DNA from: Fibrobacteria bacterium
Lineage (GTDB): Bacteria > Fibrobacterota > Fibrobacteria > UBA5070
Reading direction: 5' to 3'
Assembly: GCA_035913415.1 (NCBI GenBank)
Contig: JAMIIV010000207.1
Location: forward strand, 23,498 to 87,497
DNA length: 64,000 nt
Below are positions 20,520 through 29,674 of the stretch, one piece after another. The position numbers and the translations under genes are program-made. Position 1 is the stretch's first letter; the number at the start of each line of letters is the position of its first letter. The notes below the pieces were generated by a model. It saw only the letters and a program-made list of their open reading frames with translations. It did not search any database and had not been told where the DNA came from.

Positions 20520-21899
20520 TCAACACCGAATGCGGCCGCTTCCCAACGTCCAGCGCACCGCTCCCATCCGCTGGGCGAGGGTCTGGTCGTGGGTCGCCAG
20601 GACCAACCCTCCAGGCCAGCGCACGAGCGTTTCCTCCAACAGACGGATGCTCGCCGCATCGAGATGGTTGGTGGGCTCGTCCAGAAGCAGCACCTCGACC
20701 GGCGAGGCCAACGCCAGAGCCAGACGCAGCTTGCGCGCCTCGCCCGGAGACGGCGCTTCGGTCTCCCGAAGCGCATCGCCCCCGGCCCCCAACGCCGCCG
20801 CCAGCGTCAGAATCCGTCCGCATCGCTCCCGCCCACCCCCGCGGATCTCCCGGACCAGCAGGCGATCTTCTTCGGCCGTGGTCTCCTGGGGAAGGTGGAA
20901 GGCGAACCCTTCCGCCGCGTGCACCAACGCCTGCATCAGGGTCGATTTGCCCGTGCCGTTGGGACCCTCCAGAAGCACCCGCTCGCGAGCTTCCACCACC
21001 AATCCACCGTGTTCCAGAGCCCACCCCCCCGGGGTCGGAAGGCACCCCGCCGGCAAAGCAATGCGGCGTCCGCGGCCCACCCACGGGAACTCGACCTCGC
21101 GGAAGGTGTCGCGCCGCACCGCGGGGGCCTCCGTCGCGCGCAGACGCTCCCATTCGGCGCGCAGACGCCCCTGGTCCTGCCCCGTCCGGCCTTGGGCGCG
21201 CCGGAAGCGGAAGTCGGCCGCCAGGGATCGGGCGTCGGAATCGTGGGCGTCCTTCATGCGTCCTCCCGCCGTACGATCGCGATCGGCCCTCGAGGCGGCC
21301 TCCTTCGCCCGTTGCATCCGGTCTTGCACCGCCTCGAGGCGACCGTCGTACTCCTCCCTGCTGGCCAGGGAGGCCGCTTGACGCTCCTGGCGCGCCTGCC
21401 AGGCACGCGCGAATCCTCCCTCGGTCACCACGATGCCCCCCCTCTCGATCCACAGGGTCTGGCGCGCCAGGCGATCCAGCAGATTCCGATCGTGGCTCAC
21501 CAGCAGGGTGGGCCCACGCCGTCGGCGCAGCCGCGCCTCCAACTCGGTGGCCGCATCGATGTCCAGGTGGTTCGTCGGCTCGTCCAGCAGCAGCAGGTCC
21601 GGATCGTTCGCCAGCATCTCTCCCAGGCGCGCCCCCTGCTCCTGTCCCGGCGAAGACGCGGCGTCGCCGGTCCGTTGCCGACAGAATCCGACATCTCTCG
21701 CGCCCGAGACGATCCGCCCCGACGTCGGCGATCGCCGTCCCGCCACCAGCTCCAGGAGCGTGCTTTTGCCCGAGCCGTTCAGCCCGCACACGGCCACCAC
21801 CCCGTCCAGGCGGCAGCGCAACGACAGGTCCGCGAACAGGTCCCGACCTCCCGGCCAGCAGAATCCCACGCGATCCAACCACAGATCCAGATGAGCCAT
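20520..21899 (-). CDS. ABC-F family ATP-binding cassette protein (two NBDs, no transmembrane domain)
   Basis: Two Walker A motifs (GLNGSGKST and GPNGTGKST) and two signature/Walker B regions (LLLLDEPTNHLD, twice). The inter-domain linker is Arg-rich. Confidence 0.8.
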   Translation of the reverse strand: MAHLDLWLDRVGFCWPGGRDLFADLSLRCRLDGVVAVCGLNGSGKSTLLELVAGRRSPTSGRIVSGARDVGFCRQRTGDAASSPGQEQGARLGEMLANDPDLLLLDEPTNHLDIDAATELEARLRRRRGPTLLVSHDRNLLDRLARQTLWIERGGIVVTEGGFARAWQARQERQAASLASREEYDGRLEAVQDRMQRAKEAASRADRDRTAGGRMKDAHDSDARSLAADFRFRRAQGRTGQDQGRLRAEWERLRATEAPAVRRDTFREVEFPWVGRGRRIALPAGCLPTPGGWALEHGGLVVEARERVLLEGPNGTGKSTLMQALVHAAEGFAFHLPQETTAEEDRLLVREIRGGGRERCGRILTLAAALGAGGDALRETEAPSPGEARKLRLALALASPVEVLLLDEPTNHLDAASIRLLEETLVRWPGGLVLATHDQTLAQRMGAVRWTLGSGRIRC

Positions 21900-22104
21900 G
21901 CGCGGCTCCTTTCCACTCTCCCCCGACTCCGCGGAGCGGGGGCTGCACCGATCTCCCGCTTCGGACCCACGGGACCGAAACGCCCGAGACCTCCTCGGGA
22001 TTCGTCTCCGTCGCCGCCCAAGGGCACGAGCGCGGAGCGTGATGGTTGGTTGGTGTCAGTGTTTGCGCATGGTCGGGCGCCGCCGACGCGGGCCCGCAAC
22101 GAAT

Positions 22105-23028
22105 CTACGCCGGCGACGCTCCCTGCGCAAGAAGGAGGTCTTCAATTTCTTGCAAGCTCGGCGGAAACAGGCATCCCGGCGTGGTGGTGCAGATCCGCGC
22201 CGCCACCGCGGCGGCGAACCGCACCGTGCGGCGATCGTCCCATCCCTGCAAAACGCCCCACACCAGTCCCCCGCGGAAGCTGTCGCCGGCACCGGCCGAA
22301 TCGACCACGTCCACACGGAAGGGTTCGATCCAGCCGCTTTCGCCTCCGGCTCGGCCATAGCGCAACCGTCCCGCCCCAGAGGTGAACACCACCAGACCCG
22401 GGCAGGTCTGGAGATAGCGATGGAACAGCGCCTCGCGTGTGTCGCCTTCGAGCTCCGTGCCGGGGAATTCACGGCGCAAGAATTCATTCGAGATCGCCAG
22501 GATCGCGGCCGAGCGGGCAAGTTCGGTGTCGGGCCCGGCGTCGCAGGCCGCCAAGGGAATGCCCAGTTCGCGCGCGGCCCGCGCCACACGCAGCGTCGCT
22601 TCCCCGAAGGCGGGATCGACCACCGCGACACGCGCTCCGCGCAGGCGATCCACCGTCGGAAGGTCCCACTGGCGGGTGGTGAACAGAAGGTCGCAGTAGC
22701 GCCCGAAAACCGTACGCGAATGCCCATCGGCGATGACCAACTCCTGCACCCCCGCATACCCCGGCTCGACCCGCAGTCCCGAGACGTCCAGACCTCGCGA
22801 AGCCAAAAACGCCAGGGTCCGTCGACAGGACTCGTTGTCCCCGATCCAGTTGCCCTCCAGACGCACCTCCAGACCCAATCGGGCCAGCACCAGCGACGTG
22901 CCCGTCGCCTCGCCGGAATGGTTCTCCAGATCTTCCACCACCTCTCCGTACCCATCGGCCGAGGGGAAGGCATCCTTCAGGCGCAGCAGGCGCCCCGTAC
23001 TGACATGACCGAAGCAGTAGACGTCCAT
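22105..23028 (-). CDS. PfkB-family carbohydrate kinase (ribokinase-like)
   Basis: Start at MDVYCFGHV. The PfkB C-terminal signature DVVDSAGAGDSFRGG is present. The 5' extension of this ORF to 24186 is antisense to nnr and was rejected. Confidence 0.75.
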   Translation of the reverse strand: MDVYCFGHVSTGRLLRLKDAFPSADGYGEVVEDLENHSGEATGTSLVLARLGLEVRLEGNWIGDNESCRRTLAFLASRGLDVSGLRVEPGYAGVQELVIADGHSRTVFGRYCDLLFTTRQWDLPTVDRLRGARVAVVDPAFGEATLRVARAARELGIPLAACDAGPDTELARSAAILAISNEFLRREFPGTELEGDTREALFHRYLQTCPGLVVFTSGAGRLRYGRAGGESGWIEPFRVDVVDSAGAGDSFRGGLVWGVLQGWDDRRTVRFAAAVAARICTTTPGCLFPPSLQEIEDLLLAQGASPA

Positions 23029-23182
23029 GGCAAGCCTCCGGATCCGGGGAACGCCCCCCTTATTCCAGATTGGAGTATACCGAGTCGGAATAGAGCTCCG
23101 CAAGCCGTTTCGACACCACCGTTGCGGACACACTCCCCATTCCCACCTCGCGGCGCCGACCGGATGGGTTACACTCTGCCAC

Positions 23183-24733
23183 ATGCCCACCCCCGAGTCG
23201 TCTCCTTCGTTTCCCGCCGTCCTTCCCGCCGCCTGCCGGGTCGCCGAACGCCACGCCATGGCTACGTGGGGATTGCAGGAAGACGTCCTGATGGAGCGTG
23301 CGTCGCTGGGCGCCTGGCAGGTGTTCCGTGCCCACTTCCCCGAATCAAGGCATCTGGTCGTGGTCTGCGGGCCGGGCGCCAACGGGGGCGACGGCCTTGC
23401 CCTGGCGCGCCACGCGCTCGTCAACGGTTTTTGTCCTACCGTGGTGGGAATCGGCCCGAAGCCCGATCCCTCGACGGCCTCCGGGCGGCAATACGAGATC
23501 CTGCGCCGCCTGGGGGTGTCCGTCACCCCTTGGTCCGAATTCCACACCCGGCCGTCGGAAGCCCCGCCAGCACCCGCCGTCGACGCGATGTTCGGGACGG
23601 GGCTCTCGCGCTCCCTGGCAGGCGAGGCCGCCGAGGCCGCCGCCTGGCTCTCCCAACACCCCACCTTGGCCCTCGACCTGCCCTCGGGACTCGATGGCGC
23701 CACCGGCCAACCCCTGGGGCCCTGCGTTTCGGCGGTGGCCACCGCGACCTTCGGCCGCTCCAAACCCGGATTGTTTCTCCATCCGGGACGCGAGTTCGCC
23801 GGCGAGGTCCATGTGGTGCACCTCGGCCTGCCCAAGGCCTCGTGGGATTTCGCCGGAGGCGCCGTCGCGCTCCTGGACGAGGCGTGGTCCCATCGCCGGT
23901 TGGTCCCCCGCCCCCGCGGCACGCACAAAGGCGGAGCCGGGCGGGCGTTCCTGTTGTGCGGATCCGACGCGTATCTCGGGGCCGCCATTCTCTGCACCTC
24001 GGCCTGCCTGCGCTCCGGCGCCGGACTGGTTTCGGTGGGTACGACGGAATCCGTCAGATCCATCGTGGTGTCGGCCGTGCCGGAGGCCATGGCTTCCGTC
24101 GCCATCGGCAACATCTCCGACCCGACCGCGTTGCAGCGGCGCATCGAGACCGCCGACGCGCTTCTGGCGGGCCCCGGGTTGGGCACATCGCCCGAAGCGG
24201 CCCAGGCGCTGGAACTCCTGCTACGCCACGCCCATTCCCCCGTGGTGCTGGACGCCGACGGACTGAACCTGCTGGCCTCCCATTCGCACCTTCGCGCCTT
24301 GTTGGTCCTCGCTGCTCACGCCCACGGAGTCGTGCTCACCCCGCATCCTCTGGAGGCCTCGCGCCTGCTGGATACACCGATGGACAAACTCCTGGCCGAC
24401 CCTCTCCGTGCCGCACGAAGCCTGGCCGACCAGTTCGGCTGCGTGGCGGTATTCAAGACCTCGACCCCCGTGATCGCCTCGCCCACGGGCGATCTGGCCA
24501 TCGGGGTCGCGGGACATGCTGGGATGGCCGTTGGCGGGATGGGCGATGCGTTGGCCGGCGCCATCGCCGCGCGCCTGGCCGAAGGGGTGCAACCGTACGA
24601 AGCCGCCTGCCAAGCGGTGCGTGCCCACGCCCGAGCCGGAGACATCGCGGGTGCGAACGGACGACGAGGCATGTCGGTCACCGACCTGGTGAATGCCCTT
24701 CCGCAAGCCTGGGAGGAGATGGAAGCGTCCTGA
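23183..24733 (+). CDS. nnr: Bifunctional NAD(P)H-hydrate repair enzyme Nnr (YjeF_N epimerase plus YjeF_C ADP-dependent dehydratase)
   Basis: N-domain motif VVCGPGANGGDGLALAR. C-domain motifs HKGGAGRAFLLCGS and GMGDALAGAIAARLA. Confidence 0.8.
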   Translation: MPTPESSPSFPAVLPAACRVAERHAMATWGLQEDVLMERASLGAWQVFRAHFPESRHLVVVCGPGANGGDGLALARHALVNGFCPTVVGIGPKPDPSTASGRQYEILRRLGVSVTPWSEFHTRPSEAPPAPAVDAMFGTGLSRSLAGEAAEAAAWLSQHPTLALDLPSGLDGATGQPLGPCVSAVATATFGRSKPGLFLHPGREFAGEVHVVHLGLPKASWDFAGGAVALLDEAWSHRRLVPRPRGTHKGGAGRAFLLCGSDAYLGAAILCTSACLRSGAGLVSVGTTESVRSIVVSAVPEAMASVAIGNISDPTALQRRIETADALLAGPGLGTSPEAAQALELLLRHAHSPVVLDADGLNLLASHSHLRALLVLAAHAHGVVLTPHPLEASRLLDTPMDKLLADPLRAARSLADQFGCVAVFKTSTPVIASPTGDLAIGVAGHAGMAVGGMGDALAGAIAARLAEGVQPYEAACQAVRAHARAGDIAGANGRRGMSVTDLVNALPQAWEEMEAS

Positions 24734-25661
24734 GACTCCCTGCCACGGTCCAATCTGGATCCCGCAATGGAGATGAATCGGAAGGGGACAGATGGCGGTA
24801 GGCCGCCGCGACCACGTCGACGATCTCGACAAGGCGAGGAGGACTGTAGATGGTGTTCAGCACCTTTCGGGAGCGGGATCGCACGCGGGTGCGTTTCTCT
24901 CCGGGGCGGATGTCGGTGCGCACGCCGCCTTCATCGCCGCCAGCGGAGACGCGGAAGTCCTTCCTGCGGACGCGGACCTGAATGTCGAAGGTGCGAACCA
25001 CCTTGAATTTGACCTTGAGCCGGCTCTTGCCGCGGGGGTTGATCCGCATGCTGGTGCGGGTGCGCACCTGATCGGTGATTCCCCACCGCACCACCGCGTG
25101 GTCGGCAAAGGCGGCTTCGCCGGAAAACCATGTATCCAGATAGTACTGCGTGTCGGCGCCGTCCGGGTTCAACTGCTTGCGCTCCCTCTGCTCCTTGGCG
25201 GAGCAATTGCGCCCGCGCAGATCCAGTTCCACCAAAACGGGAGATCCGGAGGCCACGTCTTCGCGCAGCAGCGCCAGCCAGGGGAGCACAAACTCGTCCA
25301 GATCCGGCGGGAAGCGGTGCTTTTCCATTCTGCTGGAGTACACTCCCAGGAAGGCCCCCAGGGGAAGAGCCAGCAGGGGCCACCCGATGCGGAATGCGAA
25401 CACGCTGATGATCCCCCCCAGGACGCACAAGAACGCCCCGGGGACCAACCAACTTCGCACCGCGTCGACATCGCGCTCCACGACGGTCACCGGATACAGG
25501 AAGCGGATCCACGCATCGAGCGGGAGGCTCGCCCGAAGAACCTTGCTCTGCATGAAGTCCTTCTGGCGCTCATCCAGTTTGTGGTAGCGCACCCAGGCGG
25601 TCAAGAAACCCATGGGGTGCTTTCGGGGGGGAGAGAGGGTGAGGACAGGATGATGCGACAA
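24678..25661 (-). CDS. Hypothetical membrane protein, paralog A (two N-terminal TM helices plus a basic soluble domain)
   Basis: About 45% identical to the product of 29671..30537. Shared motifs: LTAWxRYxKLDxRQxDFM, LPWLALLREDV, FADHAVVxW and VAAAYRHLSP. Confidence 0.55.
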   Translation of the reverse strand: MSHHPVLTLSPPRKHPMGFLTAWVRYHKLDERQKDFMQSKVLRASLPLDAWIRFLYPVTVVERDVDAVRSWLVPGAFLCVLGGIISVFAFRIGWPLLALPLGAFLGVYSSRMEKHRFPPDLDEFVLPWLALLREDVASGSPVLVELDLRGRNCSAKEQRERKQLNPDGADTQYYLDTWFSGEAAFADHAVVRWGITDQVRTRTSMRINPRGKSRLKVKFKVVRTFDIQVRVRRKDFRVSAGGDEGGVRTDIRPGEKRTRVRSRSRKVLNTIYSPPRLVEIVDVVAAAYRHLSPSDSSPLRDPDWTVAGSLRTLPSPPRLAEGHSPGR

Positions 25662-25841
25662 AGATGACTTTCCATCAGATCCGTCTGCAACCCGAAGAGC
25701 GCCGCCACCGAACGCTGCCAGATCAGGTTTTGTCCAGGTGCGTTCGCCCCTCCCGGGCCACCGCCTGGGCTGCTTCGAGAAACTCCAGCACCAGGTGCAA
25801 GGCCCGGACCGGTGGCCTGGCAGGTGCCCGCGACCGCCGCC

Positions 25842-25912
25842 GCATGTCGGTCACCGATCTTGTGAACGCGTTGCCGCAAGCCTTGGACGAGATGGACGTG
25901 GACGGGGTTTCA
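25842..25912 (+). pseudogene. Degenerate duplicate of the 3' end of nnr (gene remnant)
   Basis: About 85% nucleotide identity to 24660..24730. In frame it encodes RRMSVTDLVNALPQALDEMD, compared with the Nnr C-terminus RRGMSVTDLVNALPQAWEEME. It has no own start codon or N-terminal domain. Confidence 0.5.
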
Positions 25913-25930
25913 CCGCCATGGCCCCGAAAT

Positions 25931-26419
25931 TCAGAGAATCGCTTCGATGGAACCCGAGAGATTCGCGGGCGTGACTCGGGGAGCGAACCGCCCCACGACG
26001 TTTCCCTGCCGGTCCACGAGGAACTTGGTGAAGTTCCACCGCACGTTCGAGTTCCCCAACCACCCCAACCATCCCGGTTTCGCCGCACGCAGGTGTTGCC
26101 AAAGGGGGTGGGCTCCGACTCCGTTGACGTCGATCTTGGCCGAAAGCGGAAAGGTCACCCCGTGATTGCGGCGACAGAATTCGGCAATCTGGGCCGGCCC
26201 TCCCGGTTCCTGCCCTCCGAACTGGTCGCAGGGAAAGCCGATCACCACCAATCCCTTGGCCGCGTATCTGCGGTGCAACTCTTCCAGTCCGTCGTACTGG
26301 GGCGTGTAGCCGCACTCGCTGGCGGTGTTCACCAGCAGCAACACCTTGCCGACATGGTCGCCCAGGCGGATCTCGCCGCCCCCCAGGGCCGGTACGGAAA
26401 ACTCGTGGATCTTGGCCAT
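25931..26419 (-). CDS. gpx: Glutathione peroxidase
   Basis: Start at MAKIHEFS. Gpx signature motifs LLLVNTASECGYT, VIGFPCDQFGGQEPG and WNFTKFLVDRQG are present. Confidence 0.85.
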   Translation of the reverse strand: MAKIHEFSVPALGGGEIRLGDHVGKVLLLVNTASECGYTPQYDGLEELHRRYAAKGLVVIGFPCDQFGGQEPGGPAQIAEFCRRNHGVTFPLSAKIDVNGVGAHPLWQHLRAAKPGWLGWLGNSNVRWNFTKFLVDRQGNVVGRFAPRVTPANLSGSIEAIL

Positions 26420-26518
26420 GTCGCGCTCCCTGAAGGGTGTCCAGGAGGCAGGATACCAAGGCCCGCGGGGAGCGACCAGCGAAGGGAGTCTCCCCGGGCA
26501 CCCCACCGACCTCGTCGG

Positions 26519-27412
26519 TCAGTCTCGCGGGCGCATTCCCAGGAAGGCCAAGCGCCGACGGGCGAACTGGTCATCGAGCGGGCGCGGGAACGGCAGGCAC
26601 AGGTGGCGCTCGCGCCAGGGCCGCGTCTCGCGCATGGTGTTCCACCCCGCCGCCGTGACCAGACGATCGACCAACGGGAACAGACCACGCACCGGGTGCA
26701 GGTCCAGGCACTCCACTTCGGGATCGTCCAAGGCCTCGGCCAAGGGACTGGCCACCACCAGGTAGGGATCCAACCCCTCCATCATGGCATGTTCCCTCGC
26801 CCAGGCCACCAGCTCGCGCACCTCGCCCAGCGGCCCCGAATGCACCACCAACCACACCGGACGCCCCACCGCGCGCCATCCCCGCACCTTTGCGCGCAGC
26901 GTTGTCCCGACGTCGACGGGCTCCATCGGGAGCTCCACGTCTTCCCACGTCCCGGCCTGAGGACGCAGCGCGTCGTGCTGCTCCTGACCCAGGGGTTCGA
27001 CGGCAAGGATGCGATCGTACCGGGGAAGCGGTCCCCGAAGGCGTTCGGCGTACCGTTGCCAGCGCACCAGACGAGCCACATGCACCGTATGGACTTCGCC
27101 GGGAAGAACCAGCCCGGAGAGCTCGCCCAGGATCCCCGCAGGGAACGCGTCGACGGAAAATGTCCGAGGTCGAAGATCCTGGAGAGTATCCCGCACCCAG
27201 GATCGGAGCCTGTCCGGATCGTTGCCCGAACCCTCGGGCGGCGATCGGGCCTCGAACCCTTCCACCACGCGGAGGTCGTCCGTGGAGGCGTTGGAGGTCA
27301 AGACTACGAAGCGATCACCCGCTGCCAGAAGGCGCTTCATCGCACGGGCCCGCACCAGATGTCCGAGCCCGCCGCCGAAGGCGTAATGCACCACGGGAGC
27401 GCCTCCTCCCAT
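26519..27412 (-). CDS. Hypothetical protein, possibly a glycosyltransferase (GT28/PseG-like fold)
   Basis: The N-terminal HYAFGGGLGHLVRARAM resembles the Gly-rich loop of MurG/PseG-type enzymes. It lies in the glycan cluster. Confidence 0.4.
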   Translation of the reverse strand: MGGGAPVVHYAFGGGLGHLVRARAMKRLLAAGDRFVVLTSNASTDDLRVVEGFEARSPPEGSGNDPDRLRSWVRDTLQDLRPRTFSVDAFPAGILGELSGLVLPGEVHTVHVARLVRWQRYAERLRGPLPRYDRILAVEPLGQEQHDALRPQAGTWEDVELPMEPVDVGTTLRAKVRGWRAVGRPVWLVVHSGPLGEVRELVAWAREHAMMEGLDPYLVVASPLAEALDDPEVECLDLHPVRGLFPLVDRLVTAAGWNTMRETRPWRERHLCLPFPRPLDDQFARRRLAFLGMRPRD

Positions 27413-27418
27413 GATCGG

Positions 27419-28072
27419 TCAGAGCCCGCGGGAAAGAAGCTCGAGTTGCAGCACGCAGCGCTCGGCTTCCGGGACGCGCGGCACCAGCAGAAGCGCCCAG
27501 CCCGCGGACAAACCTCGTGCCTTCACCACACCGACCTCGGCCCCGGTGGCATCCAGCACCCGTGCCAACCCCGTGGCGGCGTCGAAGCGCACCGAGCCGG
27601 CGGGCACCCCGTCGTTTTCAACCTCCAGGAATCCTTCGCGCACCTTCACGACCACAGGTCGCGCGTTCTCCTCGTTGTCGCTGATCTTGACTTTGCCGTC
27701 CTTGAGCTTGACTTTCCACAGCAGGCGGGAATCGGGGCTCTTGAGCTTGAAGCCCTCGTCGCCCGGCTTGACCTCGCCGAGCGCGGCCCCTCCCACCTGG
27801 GCGTAGGCGCGTTTGCCGTCGTCGCGCAACTGGCCGCGAAGGACGCGGGACCGATCGGCCGGGCCGAGCACGGCCTCCAAGACGGATCCTGTCTTCAAGG
27901 TGGCCAGAACCGCACCGGAAGGATCGCGGACCTCGGCCGAATCGGCCGCCAGCGGGGCCGAGCTCCGGGCCGGGGTCTCAGCGGAGTTGGTGGCCTCGGC
28001 GGGTTCGTCCTTCTTCTGGCAGGAAGACAGGACCAGGGGGACGACGAGCAAGAGCAGGAAGCGGGCGTTCAT
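27419..28072 (-). CDS. Hypothetical lipoprotein
   Basis: Start at MNARFLLLLVVPLVLSSC (lipobox). ATGA overlap with the upstream GT4 stop. Confidence 0.55.
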   Translation of the reverse strand: MNARFLLLLVVPLVLSSCQKKDEPAEATNSAETPARSSAPLAADSAEVRDPSGAVLATLKTGSVLEAVLGPADRSRVLRGQLRDDGKRAYAQVGGAALGEVKPGDEGFKLKSPDSRLLWKVKLKDGKVKISDNEENARPVVVKVREGFLEVENDGVPAGSVRFDAATGLARVLDATGAEVGVVKARGLSAGWALLLVPRVPEAERCVLQLELLSRGL

Positions 28073-29289
28073 GGGCGATTCTCCATTGGGGGGATGGCGG
28101 CACGGGGGCAGGACGAGAACGCCTCCAGGTAGGCGCGTGTCTCGCGCACGGGGGGGTACTCCGACGCGGTTTGGCGGCACGCCTCGCCCATGGCGGCGAG
28201 AGTGTCGTTGGAGGCCTCGGCCAGGCGCGCCAGCGCCAGACGGCAACCGTGGGGGTCTCCCGGGGCGAACAGGAATCCGTGCACGCCATCGCGCAGGACG
28301 TCGCCCATGCCACCGGCGGTGGAGGCCACCAGCGGCAGCCCCAGGCTCATGGCCTCCAGCAACACGTTGGGCATGCCGTCGTAGAAACTGGGGATCGCCA
28401 CCGCGTCGCAGGCGCAATAGTGGCGCAACAACGCGTAGCGGTCCGAGAAGGGATGGAGCGTGTGCGGTACCGGCGGTTCGCCGTAGGCCAGTCGCGAATG
28501 GATCTCTTCGTCCAGCTCACCGACGAGCAACAGGTGGAAGCGGTCGGTGCATCCCGAGCGCGCGAGGGAATCCACCAGTTGCAGCACGCCTTTCTTCGGT
28601 TTGAGCTGTCCGAAGACGCCCAGCACCCGCACCCCCGGTTCGATCCTCTCCGCGCGCCAGGCCCGGGCCTGCTCCAGGTCGGAGGGCAGGGGTCGCCAGT
28701 CGTCGGGATCGATCGCGTTGGGTGTCCACGACACCGCGGCGGAAGGCCACAGCGCCTCGATGCGCCGTTTCTTGTCGCCGCTCACCACGCAGATGCGCGC
28801 GGCACGTTCGATCGCCTCGCGCAGAAGCGGACGCCGGGACGGCGAGAACATCGCCGCGTCGAAGTCGTTGCCGCGCAACAGCAGCAGCAGGGGGAGATCC
28901 AACCAGGCGGCCAGGGTGGGCCCGGCGAGCACGGGAAGGTTCCCGCCGAACGCGACCAGATGCGTCCAGGTGGGGCGCCGTTCGTCGAGCACCAGACGTT
29001 CGTGGAGAAGGTTCAAGGCGTGGGCCGCGTCCTCGCCGACGGGAAACGACAGCAATGTGCCGCCCATCTGCGCCTCCAGGCGCGGCGCATGGCCCTGGCG
29101 CACCAGGTGCACCACGTCGATGTACACACCCTCCGCGCGCAAGCCCCGCACGATCCGATCGCACGAGACCGACATCCCTCCCGGGCCGGGCGGAAAGTTC
29201 TCGGTGACCCACAGCGCACGCACAGCAGTTTGGACGGATTCCGTCACAGCGTCAACTGTCCGAGAATCCGGCGGCTCCGTCCGGCCCAT
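28069..29289 (-). CDS. GT4-family glycosyltransferase
   Basis: N-terminal ENFPPGPGGMS. C-terminal GT4 motif region AIPSFYDGMPNVLLEAMSLGLPLVAS, with the E-x7-E-like motif. Start chosen at MGRTEPP; the alternative MNAPTW lies 27 nt upstream. Confidence 0.7.
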   Translation of the reverse strand: MGRTEPPDSRTVDAVTESVQTAVRALWVTENFPPGPGGMSVSCDRIVRGLRAEGVYIDVVHLVRQGHAPRLEAQMGGTLLSFPVGEDAAHALNLLHERLVLDERRPTWTHLVAFGGNLPVLAGPTLAAWLDLPLLLLLRGNDFDAAMFSPSRRPLLREAIERAARICVVSGDKKRRIEALWPSAAVSWTPNAIDPDDWRPLPSDLEQARAWRAERIEPGVRVLGVFGQLKPKKGVLQLVDSLARSGCTDRFHLLLVGELDEEIHSRLAYGEPPVPHTLHPFSDRYALLRHYCACDAVAIPSFYDGMPNVLLEAMSLGLPLVASTAGGMGDVLRDGVHGFLFAPGDPHGCRLALARLAEASNDTLAAMGEACRQTASEYPPVRETRAYLEAFSSCPRAAIPPMENRP

Positions 29290-29674
29290 CGTCCCCGCCC
29301 AGGTCGGCGCGTTCATTGAAGGAGCCGCGGTCGTAGCCGTCGTAGAAGACCACCGGATGGTAGGACGACGAGGCGTAGTAATTGGTGCGGTAGCGATCCG
29401 ACCATCCCGGGCGATCCCATTCGGGGACGTCGTCCCCCGTGGCACCAGTCGTACCGGTCCGACCGGTGCGCGCACCGGGGCGGGCGTTGTTCCCCTCCGA
29501 AGAGGAATCGTCCGTTCCTCCCTGGGCACCGCACTTCGAGCAGAACACCTGGGCGCTGCGATAGAGCACGTGCTCCTGGCAAAGGGCCTTGCCGCACGAG
29601 GTGCAGGTATCGGAGGATTCGGCGCCACACGGACGCAGGGAGAAGATGCCGCGCGGGGCGGTGCAGACGTTCAT
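29252..29674 (-). CDS. Zinc-ribbon small protein (Cys4)
   Basis: CTSCGKALCQEHVLYRSAQVFCSKCG. The start ATG overlaps the stop of the paralog B gene (ATGA), suggesting translational coupling. Confidence 0.45.
   Translation of the reverse strand: MNVCTAPRGIFSLRPCGAESSDTCTSCGKALCQEHVLYRSAQVFCSKCGAQGGTDDSSSEGNNARPGARTGRTGTTGATGDDVPEWDRPGWSDRYRTNYYASSSYHPVVFYDGYDRGSFNERADLGGDDGPDGAAGFSDS

Noticed and set aside
22105-24186. 693-aa ORF extending the PfkB kinase 5'-ward
   Set aside because: Only the last 308 aa (from MDVYCFGHV) look like a kinase. The extension is antisense to nnr and low-complexity.
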